A stretch of DNA of 64,000 nt from Eledone cirrhosa. Its lineage: Eukaryota. Below the pieces are notes generated by a model. The model ran no database searches and had not been told where the DNA came from. It worked only from the letters and a program-made list of their open reading frames with translations. The translations under genes and the position numbers were made by a program. Where the stretch lies: assembly GCA_964016885.1 (NCBI GenBank), contig OZ024743.1, forward strand, positions 190,898,001-190,962,000. Direction: 5' to 3'. Shown here piece after piece: positions 30,950 to 45,835 of this stretch; the first letter of the stretch is position 1; every line of letters begins with the position of its first letter.

Positions 30950-32160
30950 ACCTGAATCACTGACGGCGGCTCATGGGTGGATGTTATCTATTTTAACTTT
31001 GCTAAAGCTTTTAATTCTGTGCCACACGAAAGACTTATGGCAAAACTCTCTGCAATAGGTGGGAAAGATGATCTTTATAACTGGTTAAATTCCTTCATTC
31101 TCAGTTGAAAAAAGTTGTGGTTCCAGGACAGTGGTTCATCCTATGAGATGACATCTAGTGTACCATAGGGATCTATTCTTGGTGTCCTTTTGTTTGTTGC
31201 ATATTTTAATGATATAGATGCCAGCTTGAAGAATGTCACAGTGCCGAAATATGTAGATTACATCAAGCTGTACCTTGAGATAGAAAGGGCAGATCCTGAA
31301 CACTATAGATCTTTCCTGCAATCATACGTGAACACAATGCAGCAATGTATTATGGACTGGCAACTCAAGCTTGCTGTGGACAAGTGTACCATCATGCATT
31401 TTGAAAGGAAAAAAAAACAGCATTCACATACTCCCTCCACATGACCAATATCAAGAAGTCTTCATGTGAATGTGACCTTGGCATTATTGTCAACAGCAAT
31501 TTGCATTAGACAAAGCACATCTCTAAAATTGTCAAGAAGGCCGAAGGTGTCTTAACATCACTCAGTAAGGCCTTTGTTAGCCGCTCTTCAGCTAACTATT
31601 TAAAGCTGTATATAGCTATGGTGTGTCCACACTTTGAATTTACATCACCAGTCTGGAACCCCTATCTTGCTCAGAATATTGATCTGGAAACTGTTCAGAA
31701 ATGTGCAACCAAGCGAATACCTTCCATCAGGAATCAACCATACTCTGAATGCCTTACTTCTCTGGACATGGATACATTAAAGCTCCGATGTCTGGCATGA
31801 GACTTGGTAGACACCCACTAGATTATTACCCATCTTACAAACAACAACCCTGGGCACTTTTTTGAATTTTATATGTCTAACACCCATGGGCATGTCTACA
31901 AAATCAGAAAACGGTACAGCTTCCATGACTTTCAGAAACATTTTTTCACACTCAGAGATGCTGAAGCATGAAAACAAACAACCTGCATCAGTTATTAGCT
32001 GTCAGGACACAGCATCCTTCAAAACTTCCATGCCTCCAGAAGTTTGCACTACATCTGATATTCCCCACACACACACGCATGTGTGTGTGGTGTGTATATG
32101 CACTTTTGATGAGTTATAGTGCACCTGAGCATTGTACACAATCATTTTCATTATTATTAA
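30950..32160 (+). mobile_element. Decayed CR1-like LINE RT fragment
   Basis: VDVIY..FAKAF.SVPHERL, SSVP*GSILG, Y.NDI, CDLGIIV, PH.E..SPVWNPY, LETVQK.ATK, with multiple stops and frameshifts. Confidence 0.8.
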
Positions 32161-32209
32161 ATGTTTGTTGTTATTTTTATACCTATAAATCTACAACCCA
32201 ACATATATA

Positions 32210-32384
32210 CAGGTAAAATTCCGTTATAATGAATAACATTACATCGTATTTTTCAGTATAACAACATTTTTTCAATCCCTGGCCACATTCTCAATGTATT
32301 AGTTTGATCTCGTTATAAAGAATTTTTCGTTACAACTCATTTTGCTTTATACCCCCCGAATTTCGTTATAATGGAATTTCATTG
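32210..32384. mobile_element. MITE (Tc1/mariner-pogo type ends)
   Basis: TA|CAGGTAAAATTCCGTTATAATGAA ... TTCGTTATAATGGAATTTCATTG|TA: imperfect TIRs with TA flanks. Confidence 0.6.
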
Positions 32385-32574
32385 TATAACTTGTTCAATC
32401 GGCTGTCTTCCTCGAGACCAGATATAGGTAGTAAGTTAACCATTACCATGCTAGTCGGTACATCAATCTCCATCGATCAATCCACCCCTTGAAACAATCA
32501 TAAAACAATGAACTAACTATCTACCTATACCTGACTTTTGCTTTTCTATTGTTCTATGCACAAACATACACACA

Positions 32575-32634
<60 letters not shown>

Positions 32635-32769
32635 CTTTTTTATTATAAGTTGAGCCAACTTATTATGCAGCTTCATATGCAAATGAGATTAATCACCTCA
32701 TTTACACAGACGAGAAAAGTATATATTCTCAGCTGTCTTCTAGTCCAGCAGTCGCAAGCGGTGGGAGGG

Positions 32770-32813
32770 ACCGTCCTGACGAAGGCCAGTTAGGCCTGAA
32801 ATGCATAGAGGGT
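32770..32813 (+). ncRNA. Minimal type I hammerhead ribozyme in a (TA)n-flanked ~330-bp element (32632-32965)
   Basis: ACCGTC-CTGACGA-AGGCCagttaGGCCT-GAAA-TGCA-TA^-GAGGGT. Stem I extends outward (GTCCAGCAG..GCAAG / CTTGCTTCTGCTGGAC). Confidence 0.85.
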
Positions 32814-33027
32814 TGTCCCCCTTGCTTCTGCTGGACATCACCAGAGGGCGTTAGTCCCCTGGTGTTTGCATAGCTACGGCTTCCTAAAACTGTATTTCTT
32901 TGGAGATACGAAATATTTATACATATTGTATAAAGCTATGCTTGAAGCGAAATCCTATTTCTTTTATATATATATATATAGTTATACTTATATATAAATA
33001 TAAATAAGATAAGGGTAATATTGTATA

Positions 33028-33617
33028 CTAGCAGTTGTACCCGGCGTTGCACGGGGTGAGGTATTGTGAAATATATAACCGCCTTTAGCTAAGCTTAGTA
33101 TAGCCACAACCACGGCTGGCAAAGAAGTAAGGGTCTGGTGGTACATAAGTAAGCAACACTGTGGCTTAAAACGTGTGGAAGAAGTTGTACGCACTTCCAA
33201 CTGTTTGGGGAATGAGTGTGAGGTTTGTCTTGAACAAGGGTGGCAGAATAACCGGAGGCAGCAGACAGCCAGACATACAGACAGATATTATAAGGGCGCA
33301 TTCTGGACGCAGAGCGAATTGTAGGAAGTGACGTAATGCAGACAGCCAAACATACAGACAGATATTATAAGGGCGCGACGTTATATGTAAGTATCTATCT
33401 AAAAAGAGAAAGACTAAGAATTATAGAGAGAGATCGCTAAATCGCCTAATGCGGTTCCTAGGTCATTGGTAATTTGAAATCTTTTTTTGTTCAGAACACT
33501 CCCTGAAACAAGTATTACATGTGTAAAGTTTGAAAACAGTCGGTTGCGTACTTCTCTAGTTTTAGGGATTCAAACTCACACACACACACAGACAGACATC
33601 CTCAGTGTTATATATAT
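33028..33617 (-). mobile_element. Non-autonomous Helitron
   Basis: 3' end CCCGTGCAACGCCGGG hairpin + CTAG|T at 33028. Its 5' part resembles 35370-35496. Confidence 0.7.
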
Positions 33618-33618
33618 A

Positions 33619-35496
33619 CTAGCTGAATGACCCGGCGTTGCCCGGGTTACTGCTGTTTTTATTCAGATTAGGAAACAATAAATATGAAGAATTTTTTTTT
33701 CCTCATATTCACTTTACATAAAATATTTCAAAGTTGTAATGATAATAGAATTGTGACCAACCGAACACGGCGGGCTGTTTGATGTTCTGCGGCACGGGAT
33801 GCGGCGGTGGATACAGCGTTCTGGGACCTTCGGATGGCTGTCTGTATCTCGGTCTAGGATGCTCTGGCAGCTGCGGTGGAGGCGGAGTCCTTGGACCTTC
33901 GGATGGCTGTCTGTATCTCGGTCTGGGATGCTCTGGCAGCTGCCTTGGAGGCGGAGTCCTTGGACCTTCGGATGGCTGTCTCCTGGTCGGTTTCTGCGGC
34001 ACGGGAGGCGGCGGTTGAAGCAGCGTTCTTTGACCGTCTGGTGGCTGTTGGCTGTTTAGTTTCGGAGGCCCTTGCAGCAGCAGTAGTTGCAGCATTCCTA
34101 GCCCTACGAAGAGCTATTTGGCTGTCACTCTCTGCTGCCCTAGAGGCGGCTGTTGCAACTGCATTCCGACAATTACGAATGGCACGATTCAAAGCGGTAA
34201 CCGTAGATAGATAGAGAGGCGCTGGGTTGGGCTGTGCTAGGGGTACTTAAGTTTAAAAGCGAAGTAACAGGGGTTTGTGGCCAAAAATGCAGTCCGGCAT
34301 CCGTAGACTGCTCATTCAATCGCCTCTTTTTTGAAACAACAGACGATGTTTTCCTATGGCTAAGGGTACTCTTTCTTTTCAGTGGCATGATTGCAATAGT
34401 ACAGTAAACAGTAAAGGGGAAGCAGGTTTAGAGCAAAGGCAAAAAAGCGAAGGTGATAAGCAGTATTTTGGGGAAGGTAAAAAAAAGTGACAAATTGTTA
34501 CAATTTTAAGCAAGAAAAAAGTAAACAAAAAACGTACTGGGAATGGCAAAGTCCGAAAGCGAGGTCACAAAATGTAATGCAGTGAGAGTGAAGCACACGT
34601 CTACACAGAAGCTTAACCAAGTAGCAAGTGTAGCGTTTGAAAACCAAAGATTTGCAGGCCACTCAAATCAACGATAAGAGTCTGCAGAATTTTTTGATAG
34701 CAGTCTTGCCAAAACAGAATAAAAGCTGCCACCTCCAGTCGTCCAGGAAATTTTTTTTTGATTCAAGGCGAAAATTTTACCACTTCTCGACCGAAAGAAA
34801 GAAAAAACTGACTCAACTGGTGCCAGCTGGCAGAACTGGCAGGAACTGGTTTGTGTCACGTGAAGCTGTAACTATAGCAAAGAGTGGAGAGGGGAAGGTA
34901 ATGTTACTGTAGCACCAACAACGTCTCTCTCTATATTCCTCGCTCAATAAAGAAGGGGGAGGGGGAAGGTAATGTTATTATAGCAACAGTGGTTCGCTCA
35001 CTGACAAAAGTGGAGAGGGGAATGTAATATTTCTGTGACACCCAAAACTTCTCTCTCTATCTTCCTCACTCTCTCTCTAAAGAAGGGGGAAGGGGAAGGT
35101 AATGTTACTATAAGACCTATTATTCCTGTCTCTCTATATACGAAGTGGAGATTCGACCTCGAGCTTCACTCTCGACCGAATTTCGAAATGATTCGAGCAC
35201 GTCAACAAAATTTAGACTCTTTTCTACCCATATTAGCAAAAAACCGGGTCAAAAAACTCAAAAGGAAAAATTTTTCACGCGTGCATAAAATGCAACCTCA
35301 ACTCCCGATTTCACCCAAAATAGACAAAAAGTTATATTGCGGGCCCCTGGGGGGACCTATCAAAAAACAAAGTAGCCTAAGCAATGTAAAGGGTCATGAG
35401 AAGTGATGTATGCAAATTTGAGCGAGACCTCGAATAATGTAGCATCCACACACACACAGACAAACACACATCCTCTGTTTTATATATATAGATAGA
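33619..35496 (-). mobile_element. Helitron internal-deletion derivative
   Basis: A|TC 5' end at 35496; CCCGGGCAACGCCGGG hairpin + CTAG|T at 33619. Retains only the N-terminal part of the ORF. Confidence 0.8.
33740..34388 (-). pseudogene. N-terminus of Helitron Rep/Hel-type ORF with 23-aa STPR-like repeats
   Basis: MPLKRKS start; 69-bp repeat (GACC at 33825, 33894, 33963) encoding ET.....RR..NA..TAA.RA. Frameshift near 34205 and a TAG at 33854. Confidence 0.7.
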
Positions 35497-35650
35497 TTGC
35501 CCGATTACCAGTAAGATAAGTAGCTCAATGTAAAATATCAGATATACTACAGAGCAGAAATACAACATAAATAACAATCAAATGATACTTATAATTAAGT
35601 ATTATGATACTTATAATTTTTAATACCTACATGGTGATGTGTTGTTTCAG

Positions 35651-35955
35651 GTGATGTGTTGTTTCCTTGAGCAAGACACTTTATTTCACATTGTTCCAGT
35701 TTACTCAGCTATAGAAATGAGATGATAAGGACTGGGGTCCCTATCATTCCACTGCAAAGTGGTCGTGGAGGTGCCACGGCAAAAAAGCACCCAGCCCACA
35801 CTGTAAAGAGGACATGCAGGTGCCACGGCAAAAAAGCACCCAGCACTCACTGTAAATGAGGTTGGTGTTAGGAAGGGCATCCATTGTAGAAATCAAGCCA
35901 GAATCAGTTCCCGTCCCTCCCTTGCAAGCAGGGAAAACCGGACGTAAAATGAAAT
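35651..35955 (+). mobile_element. S2 SINE, 5' truncated
   Basis: GTTTCCTTGAGCAAGACACTTTATTTCACA...GGACGTAAAATGA. Confidence 0.8.
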
Positions 35956-36415
35956 GATGATAAAATGAAATGATGATGTATGCTCTTACTACACAATGTT
36001 CTCACAAATATTTCAAGTACTCTACAATTATTAATATTCTTGATATGATATTCTTGCTACAATATTTTTTTTATGATTTTTTTTTTATATAAGTAATAAT
36101 CCTTATATATATATATACCATATACCTCAATAATTTATATTATAGCTTTAACACAAATTTTATGATAATATTTTACTATTTTTTCTTTATAATTATTTCA
36201 TTACAATATTCTTTTGTTCTTGCTCTTTCATATATTACAATTAACACTTATAATTAGTCTTCTCTCATATAATGTATCCTGTTGAATGTGCTAATGATTT
36301 GGAATATATTTGTTTTAACCTTTTATATGCTATCCAGACCTATATCTGGATGAAATAGTCGTAAGCAATTAAATGCCTTAAACATAATTTTATTGTTATT
36401 TATGTTTTATATATA

Positions 36416-36516
<101 letters not shown>

Positions 36517-36747
36517 GTAAAAAACCAGGAGGTTAAATCTGTAGTAAGTAGAGCACTCATTCCAGAGGACATGTTCGGTATTGAGTTAGTTGCACAACAG
36601 ATTAGCAAACCAAAATTGAGGACACGCGTTTCACTCAACAGATTTTTATATAACAGCCGTACATGGGTTGAAAACTCATCCGGTTAAATGTGCATCCTCG
36701 AGTATGGTCTGCTAATTGATATAAAATATATAGTATTTTCTCAAGTA

Positions 36748-36841
<94 letters not shown>

Positions 36842-36942
36842 CGTGTGCATACTTACATGGTATGCAAATGAGGCTACTCAGCCATTGTTTACTTTAAAAA
36901 ATACTATATATTTACCACCGTTCAACAGACTAGAAGAGATAT

Positions 36943-36985
36943 ACAGTCCCGGTGAAAGGTAATGACCCAGAAACATGTTGATTGT
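36943..36985 (+). ncRNA. Decayed hammerhead ribozyme
   Basis: ACAGTC-ccggtga-aaGGTaatgACCca-GAAA-CATG-TT^-GATTGT. Stem I and palindromic loop III kept; two core transitions. Confidence 0.5.
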
Positions 36986-37241
36986 TCCTCAAAGCCAGTG
37001 TTGAACAAACAGGTGATGATCAGTCACCGGCACGGCACAGCTTCAAATCCTGTCGTTTGTTTACAAACGAATCGAACATTATACATATACATATGTACGT
37101 ATGTGTGTAAGTATACATATATATATATATATATGTGTGTGTACGTGTGAATACTTACATTTATCTATCAGCTGTGCTAGGGCGAGAAATAAAATTCTAA
37201 TTTTATTTATATATATGTTATATTATATTATATTATATTAG

Positions 37242-37408
37242 GTCGTACGCCATGCTTTTCAGCATAGAGTTACGCCCCTTTATGGTGTGAGTTCAAATCC
37301 CGCCGAGGTTCACTTTGCCTTTCATCCTTACGGGGTCGATAAAATAAAGTACCAGTAATGTACTGGGGTAATTGCTGTGCTGGCCTTGTGCCAATAGTAG
37401 AAACAATT
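37242..37408 (+). mobile_element. S1 SINE
   Basis: GAGTTCAAATCCCGCCGAGGTTCACTTTGCCTTTCATCC. Confidence 0.8.
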
Positions 37409-37603
37409 ATATGATATTAGGTATGAATTTAAGTACTAGCTGCCATATAGCAGCAACTAATCGAGTTGTTTGAGGCAATATCACAAAGCATTCAATAGAG
37501 CGATATGTTAATACATTCCCTCCAGTGTGAACAAACAGATAAAAAGTGTGACACCAAGAAAAATAACTGAAGGCAATTGCCATACATATATATATGTGTG
37601 TGA

Positions 37604-37693
<90 letters not shown>

Positions 37694-37697
<4 letters not shown>

Positions 37698-38778
37698 AAT
37701 GAATAATAACAGGTAGACATCATAAAAAGGTAATTTATTCCGTGTGCTTACAAGTGTTTCCACGGTGGTACTGCAGCCTAGTTCCGCTACGTGCAAATTC
37801 ACAAGTATTTGCAGAACTCGAATATCCAATGCTGTGACCACTGTTTCCTCAGAGCAGAATGGTAAATATACAATGTAAAAACACTTAAGTGGGGTTGTTG
37901 GGGAAGATAGAGTGGAACAGGAAGAGAGAAAAGTAGGGAAGAAGGAGAGAGAAGGAAAGATATGCAGGGGTTGGAGAAGTAGGAGAGAGTGGTTTGTAGA
38001 TATCTTAATCAAAATGTTATGGTAGGGGTTTTATTAGTTACTTTTGGAGAGATGCGTAGAGAGTTGAGGTCGGAATTATTTATTGCCCCAGAGGGCAGGT
38101 TCATTAATGTTGAGAGGGAGGTAGGTCAAAGGTGAGAGAGAGAGAGTGTAATGGATGTAGAGAGAGATATATAGGTAGAGAGGGAACAGATAAAGTATAT
38201 GTGGTGAGTGAACTTTTGGTTTTGTAGTAGTAATCTAGGAATTGTACTGAGTTACCATGTATAGTGATAAGCAGTGTATTGTCTTGTAGTGTGGGGGGGG
38301 GAAGAGAAGGTTGTTAGCTAGAAAGTTGTTGTTGTAGTTACGGGTTCGAATGTTAAGTTATTTTGTAGTGAGAGAATTTAGCTTTTAGTTTGTGGTTGCA
38401 GTATAATGATCGTTCAATTCTATCGTTAAGTAGTTTGTTTTGGGATTTTAGTATGTAAAATAGCTCAAGGTTACATAACCTGCAGTATTTCGATCCACTC
38501 CGATATGCATTTGCGCTGGAAAGTATATCCCATTTTAAGGTGAACTGTTGGTTGTGTTCACGGAGTTGCCAGGTCTTATTGGCGAGCGTGGTCACAAAAC
38601 GGTGATTCAGATGTTTGATTGAGAATCGATGACGGTACCAGCGAGATTTAAACGATGTGGTGGTAGATCCGATATAATACCATTTCTGGTCGTTCGATTC
38701 AATTGAAAGCACACTTGTAAGCACACGGAATAAATTACCATTTTATGATGTCTACCTGTTATTATTCATTCGTTATAT
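37694..38778 (-). mobile_element. 5'-truncated Naiad-type PLE (GIY-YIG part 38353-38700) with inverted copy of its 3' end
   Basis: YYIGSTTTSFKSRW..H, LKWDIL, CRLCNLE, LLN.R.E...C.H. Segment 38712-38778 is the reverse complement of 37690-37756. Confidence 0.85.
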
Positions 38779-38915
38779 ACACTCCGGAATACTGAAGGAC
38801 CAGGAACTAAGTTTCTTGAACAATTCTTCCATAACTCGTAGAGTAACCTCTTACCGTACGTCAACCATATCCAGTGTAGTAATTAACCATCACTACATCT
38901 TGGATAATCCTATAC

Positions 38916-38953
<38 letters not shown>

Positions 38954-39189
38954 TATATATTAAAGTTTAAGCAAAGAATTTCTGCTTTCACCTAAAGTCT
39001 TCTAAAACTGTGCATCTACAGATTACTTTTTCTCAGTTTCGGAAGATCCCGTGCAGGGTGAAAGCAGACATTCTCTGCTTAAACCTTAATCTGTACTAAT
39101 AATAAATATATACAATCCTTATCAAGCCCTCTTCTGATTTTGGTCTTTGTATTTATTAATACTATCATCATCATCATCATCATCATCAT

Positions 39190-39513
39190 TTTTACGTTCA
39201 CCTTTCCCCGCTTGCAAGGGTGGGATGGGAACTGATTCTGGCTTGATTTCTGCAGCTGGATGCCCTTCCTAACACCATCCTCATTGACAGTGAGTGCTGG
39301 GTGCTTTTTTGCCCTGGCACCTCCACGACAACTTTACAGTGAAATGATAGGGACCACAGTCCCTATCATCTCATTTCTACAGCTGAGTAAACTGGAGCAA
39401 TGTGAAATAAAGTGTCTTGCTCAAGGAAACAACACATCACCCGGTCTGAGAATTGAACTCACAACCTTTCGATTGCAAGCCCAATGCTCTAACCACTAAG
39501 CCATGTGCCTCCA
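39190..39513 (-). mobile_element. S2 SINE, full length, with (GAT)n tail
   Basis: tRNA-like head at 39513, CORE-like body, microsatellite tail. Confidence 0.85.
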
Positions 39514-39901
39514 TATATATACATATATATATACTATCATTTCATATTCCTGTTGGAATTCGGCAGGGAGATACATGTAGGGGGCTGATAAAAGACTGGT
39601 GTATATGATAATGATGATGATATTGATGGAGGTGAAAAAGGAGTGCAATGATGGTAGGTTTGTGGTGTGGTGTTGGTTTCAGGCATGCCGCAATAAAGCC
39701 AGCTACTTTCCCACTGTATATACGCATACACACATATATATATGTATATACATATGTATATATATACGTATATCTTTAATTAGAAAGTGAACAACACAAA
39801 ACACAACCACTCCACCACCAAAGGCTTCAGGACGCCCAGACAGCACTAACATACGTCTAGCTCGCCTATCAGACAAATACTTAACATACATATCCAGATC
39901 T

Positions 39902-39938
<37 letters not shown>

Positions 39939-40218
39939 CATACATGCGTACATATATATATACATATACACATCCATACATACACATATCCACATACAGA
40001 TATATACATACCTACATCTATATATATACACACTTATATATATACATTACACATATATATATATCCATAGAGATACATATCCATATCCATATATATATAC
40101 ACATACACATACACTCCGACACATACATATACATACCTATATATATATATATATATACACATCTACATATATATATGTACACACATACATACACACACAC
40201 ACACACATACATACACAC

Positions 40219-40249
<31 letters not shown>

Positions 40250-40322
40250 CCCTCTCTGTCTGATTAGCGAACCAGACACATACCAACACCGTCCAGGGAT
40301 CCCGAAACCCCCGGCTATATAC

Positions 40323-40353
<31 letters not shown>

Positions 40354-41247
40354 GGAAGCAGAAAATTGCTTTTTGTGATCCAGTTTGTGGTTAAGAAAGC
40401 CAGTTTCATGGATGGTTTCATGTAACTCCCCTTACAAACAAGACCTGGCAACTCAGGGAAAGTAACCATCAATACACCCTGAAGTGGAAAAAATTATCGA
40501 ATGCGCCCCCATATCGGAGTGGTATGAGAGGCTGTCGATTATGCGACTTTATACCCTCTTGTTGTATCTAAACCCTTTTAATTACCCACAAAAACCAATA
40601 CCTATATCCCCCCCTTCTCCTTCATTCATCTTCTATTTCTTCGTTTTCTTCCTTCCTTCCCTCCCCTTCTTGGCTATCTTTTCTTTGCTTCTTTCTCCCC
40701 CCTTCTTTGCTTTTATTTTTGTCATTATTATCTTTATCTTTATTTTTTATATATATATTTATCTCTTTATATCTCCGCCCCTCTCCCTCTCTCTCTATAT
40801 CCATTCCTCCCACTATGATCAAATTAATTCTCTTTAACTCACTACATTCCATGACATGAAGTCTGAATATCAAAACTGACCAAGGAATCCTTCCACCTCT
40901 ACCCTCCCTCCATCTCAGTTTATCACTCTACTTCATACCACTTCCCCCTTCCTCTCTCTCTATACTATTCCGTTTGTCACCTCACCTTCTGTTTCCTCTC
41001 TCTCTATACTAGTAAATACAATTCCAAATAAATGTTTTTCTCTCTATAATAAGAATTATTTCAAGAGTAACTTACTCACTATTTTGAAAATGTTGACTGT
41101 GAACAACAATTATAATTGAGTGGCTGCTATTTGCAGTATAGCAATATAAGGTTGCACTTACCAATGAAACAGTCGTAAATACCTGGATAAAATCCTTCTC
41201 TTAATGCTCACCTGTGTTTTCTCTTTTATATATATATATATATATAT

Positions 41248-41451
41248 GAGAAAAACGACTGACCCTCCATCTCAACTCTATTTTTGTAAAGCAGAAGAAC
41301 TACGAAACCGGTAAAGGAACCAAATAAATATATATATATATATATTTTTTAAATAAGACTCCAGTTGCATTTTCGATTTCATCTTTCTTTCTTTATACTT
41401 TCACTCGTGTAGGACACCTCGGTATTTTTCATTTTGTAAAAATAACCTCAC

Positions 41452-41460
<9 letters not shown>
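41248..41460 (+). repeat. Left arm of inverted repeat (partner 43811-44018) with decayed HHR
   Basis: ~210-bp reverse-complement match; GCAGaagaaCTAC-GAAA-CCGG-TA-AAGG. Confidence 0.75.
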
Positions 41461-41523
<63 letters not shown>

Positions 41524-42052
41524 TGCAAACTCTGCTTAGAGTATTGCAATCGCATGTCAGATTACAGAAAATGGTGCACTTTTAGGCTATGGCCAGCCAC
41601 ACGTACGTGTAACAGATCCTGAACAAGCAATGCCTATGCTTTGAAGGTTTTTTAAGTGGGGTAAGGCTTTGCACTCGACCAATTCCACTCTCTGAGCATC
41701 GGAAACACTACCTGAAAAGGAGAACTGGTCAATATCATTGGATGCTTCAAAAGCCGTAGGTTTTCTTTTTTTCAGAGTTTCCCTCTCTTAGAAAAGTGTT
41801 GTGACAACAACCGGGGGCCTTTCACTCCCAGGTGAAAAAGAAAGTACTATTTGGATAGCCGTTGACTCTGCTGAGTTCCTCCGCCTTTTGCCGGACCTTG
41901 TATTTCATCCCACAGGGTGTCCAGATATCACCCTCCTCCCCAAGCAAGCTTGGTGGGGTTGCCGGTTTAATCACCAATGACACGACCATGAGACATATTG
42001 TACTGGGTTACATGTTGCCAGTAGTACTCAAGAGTGACATATATATATATAA

Positions 42053-43697
<1,645 letters not shown>

Positions 43698-43701
43698 TAT
43701 A

Positions 43702-43801
<100 letters not shown>

Positions 43802-43810
43802 ATATATATA

Positions 43811-44018
43811 TTAGAAAGTGAGGTTTTTTTTACAAAATGAAAAATAATCGAGGTGTCCTACACGAGTGAAAGTATAAAGAAAAAGAGATGAAATCGAAAA
43901 TGCAACTGGAGTCTTATTTTTTTTTTAAATATATATATTTATTTGGTTCCTTTACCGGTTTCGCAGTTCTTCTGCTTTTCAAAAGGTGAGTTGAGATGGA
44001 GAGTCTGTGGTTTTTCTC
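43811..44018 (-). repeat. Right arm of inverted repeat with decayed HHR (43949-43986)
   Basis: Minus strand: CCTT-ttgaaaa-GCAGaagaaCTGC-GAAA-CCGG-TA^-AAGG. Confidence 0.75.
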
Positions 44019-44593
44019 ACATCTGGTTGGTCTCTGAATGTTACTTGTTTTATATGGAAAAAGTGGCTCGAAATGCCAGGTTTTTCGAGAAGTAATTTGA
44101 TTGGTTTGTCAATAATTATAATAAATTTCGCGCCAGTTCGCGTTACAATAGTTCTTCAAATAAGAGGGGGGGGGTTTCACAGGTTGTTTTTTCATATATG
44201 AGTGTTTGAATTTCGTTTTACTTGACAAAAAGAGGCTCACGAAGGCTTTTTTTTGGTTGGTTATAAATGAAATTATGGCTGTCACGTGAACAAATTTTCA
44301 TTAAATTTTTGTGCCCTTATTTGGAAATCCATTCTGTAGCCTTTTTAGAGAATTTTTTGATAAGTGAAAGATAATGGTCAAGAGAAAGGGATGGGAGAAT
44401 TGTTCTGGTTCAGTGAATATGGTTAGTTCGCTGGGGTGTCAGAATTCAGATTTTCTATTGAATAAAGAAAGTAAAGATATGTGTGTTTATTTGTGTACTT
44501 GTGTGTGTGTGTGTGTTTGAATTTCTTTACTTTAAAAAAAGGTGGCTCACGAAGGCTTTTTTTTTTTTTATATATATATATATTTTTTTTTTA

Positions 44594-44682
<89 letters not shown>

Positions 44683-45686
44683 CAGATACATTTATATAGA
44701 AAATTGTTGGAATATTTTGATTACATTTAACGAATAATTCTCTGTTGTATAAATAACATTAGAAATGAGTTAATAACATTATTAATAGTGAGAGGATGGG
44801 ATAAACGGAGTTGATGACAAAGGGAGTTTGGTTCCACTGTGTTCAGACCTCGTGTACATGTGTGTGTAATTTTACACTCATTTTCGGGAGAGACTTATAA
44901 AAAAAAAATATTTGATTGAGTTACTTACCCTTGGCAACTATTTCACCAACTGCCCAGCCAGCCAGCCGCCATTACACCAAGCTCCTGACATGCCAGCTTG
45001 TCACTCACCAACTAACCAACCAGCCAGTAAATAAAACAGATCACCTGACAAATCACATGATTACTTCTGAATGAGATATAACCAGCCATTTTTCTCCAGA
45101 TTGTGAACAAACTTGAAAGAAAAGAAGAAAATTTTAAATGACAAAACAGAACAAAAGAAAAAGCTAAATAGTATTTTAAAGTGTATATAAGTTTTAACAA
45201 TGAATATATATTCGTATATGTATATTATTATAATTTCCTTTGAATGAAACAGTTCTAGTCCTGTAGAAAACATTTATATATGTATATAAAACATGATTTG
45301 AACTATTTACATGCGATTACACTTAACATACAAAACACTGACCAGTACAATGTTTAAGAGATTATCTTATTTTTGGTATTGATATATTCAGAAGTTGGGT
45401 CAAGGCAAAGTTGGGGCAATAATACTTAGCTTATATTTATGCTGTTGTTGTTTATTTGTTAAGCCAAGTGTTTCTACCATTCCAATCAAATGGTTGGGTA
45501 TACTACTCAGTAATGACTTCATTATATGGATATATAAACATATATATGTATGTATATATACTTATATATATTAATAAGAGGAATTCCAACTTTGTCTGAT
45601 TTACTCGTTTTATTTACAATCCTTTAAAATTTATAATGGTATTATAATGAAATTGTATGATAGAATATTAAATGTTAAGTGTTAAT

Positions 45687-45725
45687 TGAATAAGTACTTT
45701 CATGCTTTCGCAATCTTCAGGTTCA
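45687..45725 (-). ncRNA. Minimal hammerhead ribozyme (left palindrome arm)
   Basis: TGAAC-CTGAAGA-tTGCgaaaGCAt-GAAA-GTAC-TT^-ATTCA. Confidence 0.7.
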
Positions 45726-45796
45726 TAATATGTGGTGACAGTCAAGTTTTCAATTTTCAACTTGAAAATTACAAACTTGACTGTCACCACACATTA

Positions 45797-45835
45797 TGAA
45801 CCTGAAGATTGCGAAAGCATGAAAGTACTTGTTCA
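45797..45835 (+). ncRNA. Minimal hammerhead ribozyme (right palindrome arm)
   Basis: TGAAC-CTGAAGA-tTGCgaaaGCAt-GAAA-GTAC-TT^-GTTCA: perfect stem I, GNRA-capped stem II, palindromic loop III. Confidence 0.78.

Noticed and set aside
33709-34095. Proline-rich repeat ORF and the plus-strand Gly/Cys ORFs
   Set aside because: They are alternative frames of the 69-bp STPR-like repeat.
39440-39513. tRNA gene
   Set aside because: The A/B-box head continues into a SINE body and no complete cloverleaf forms. The same applies to the other S1 and S2 heads.
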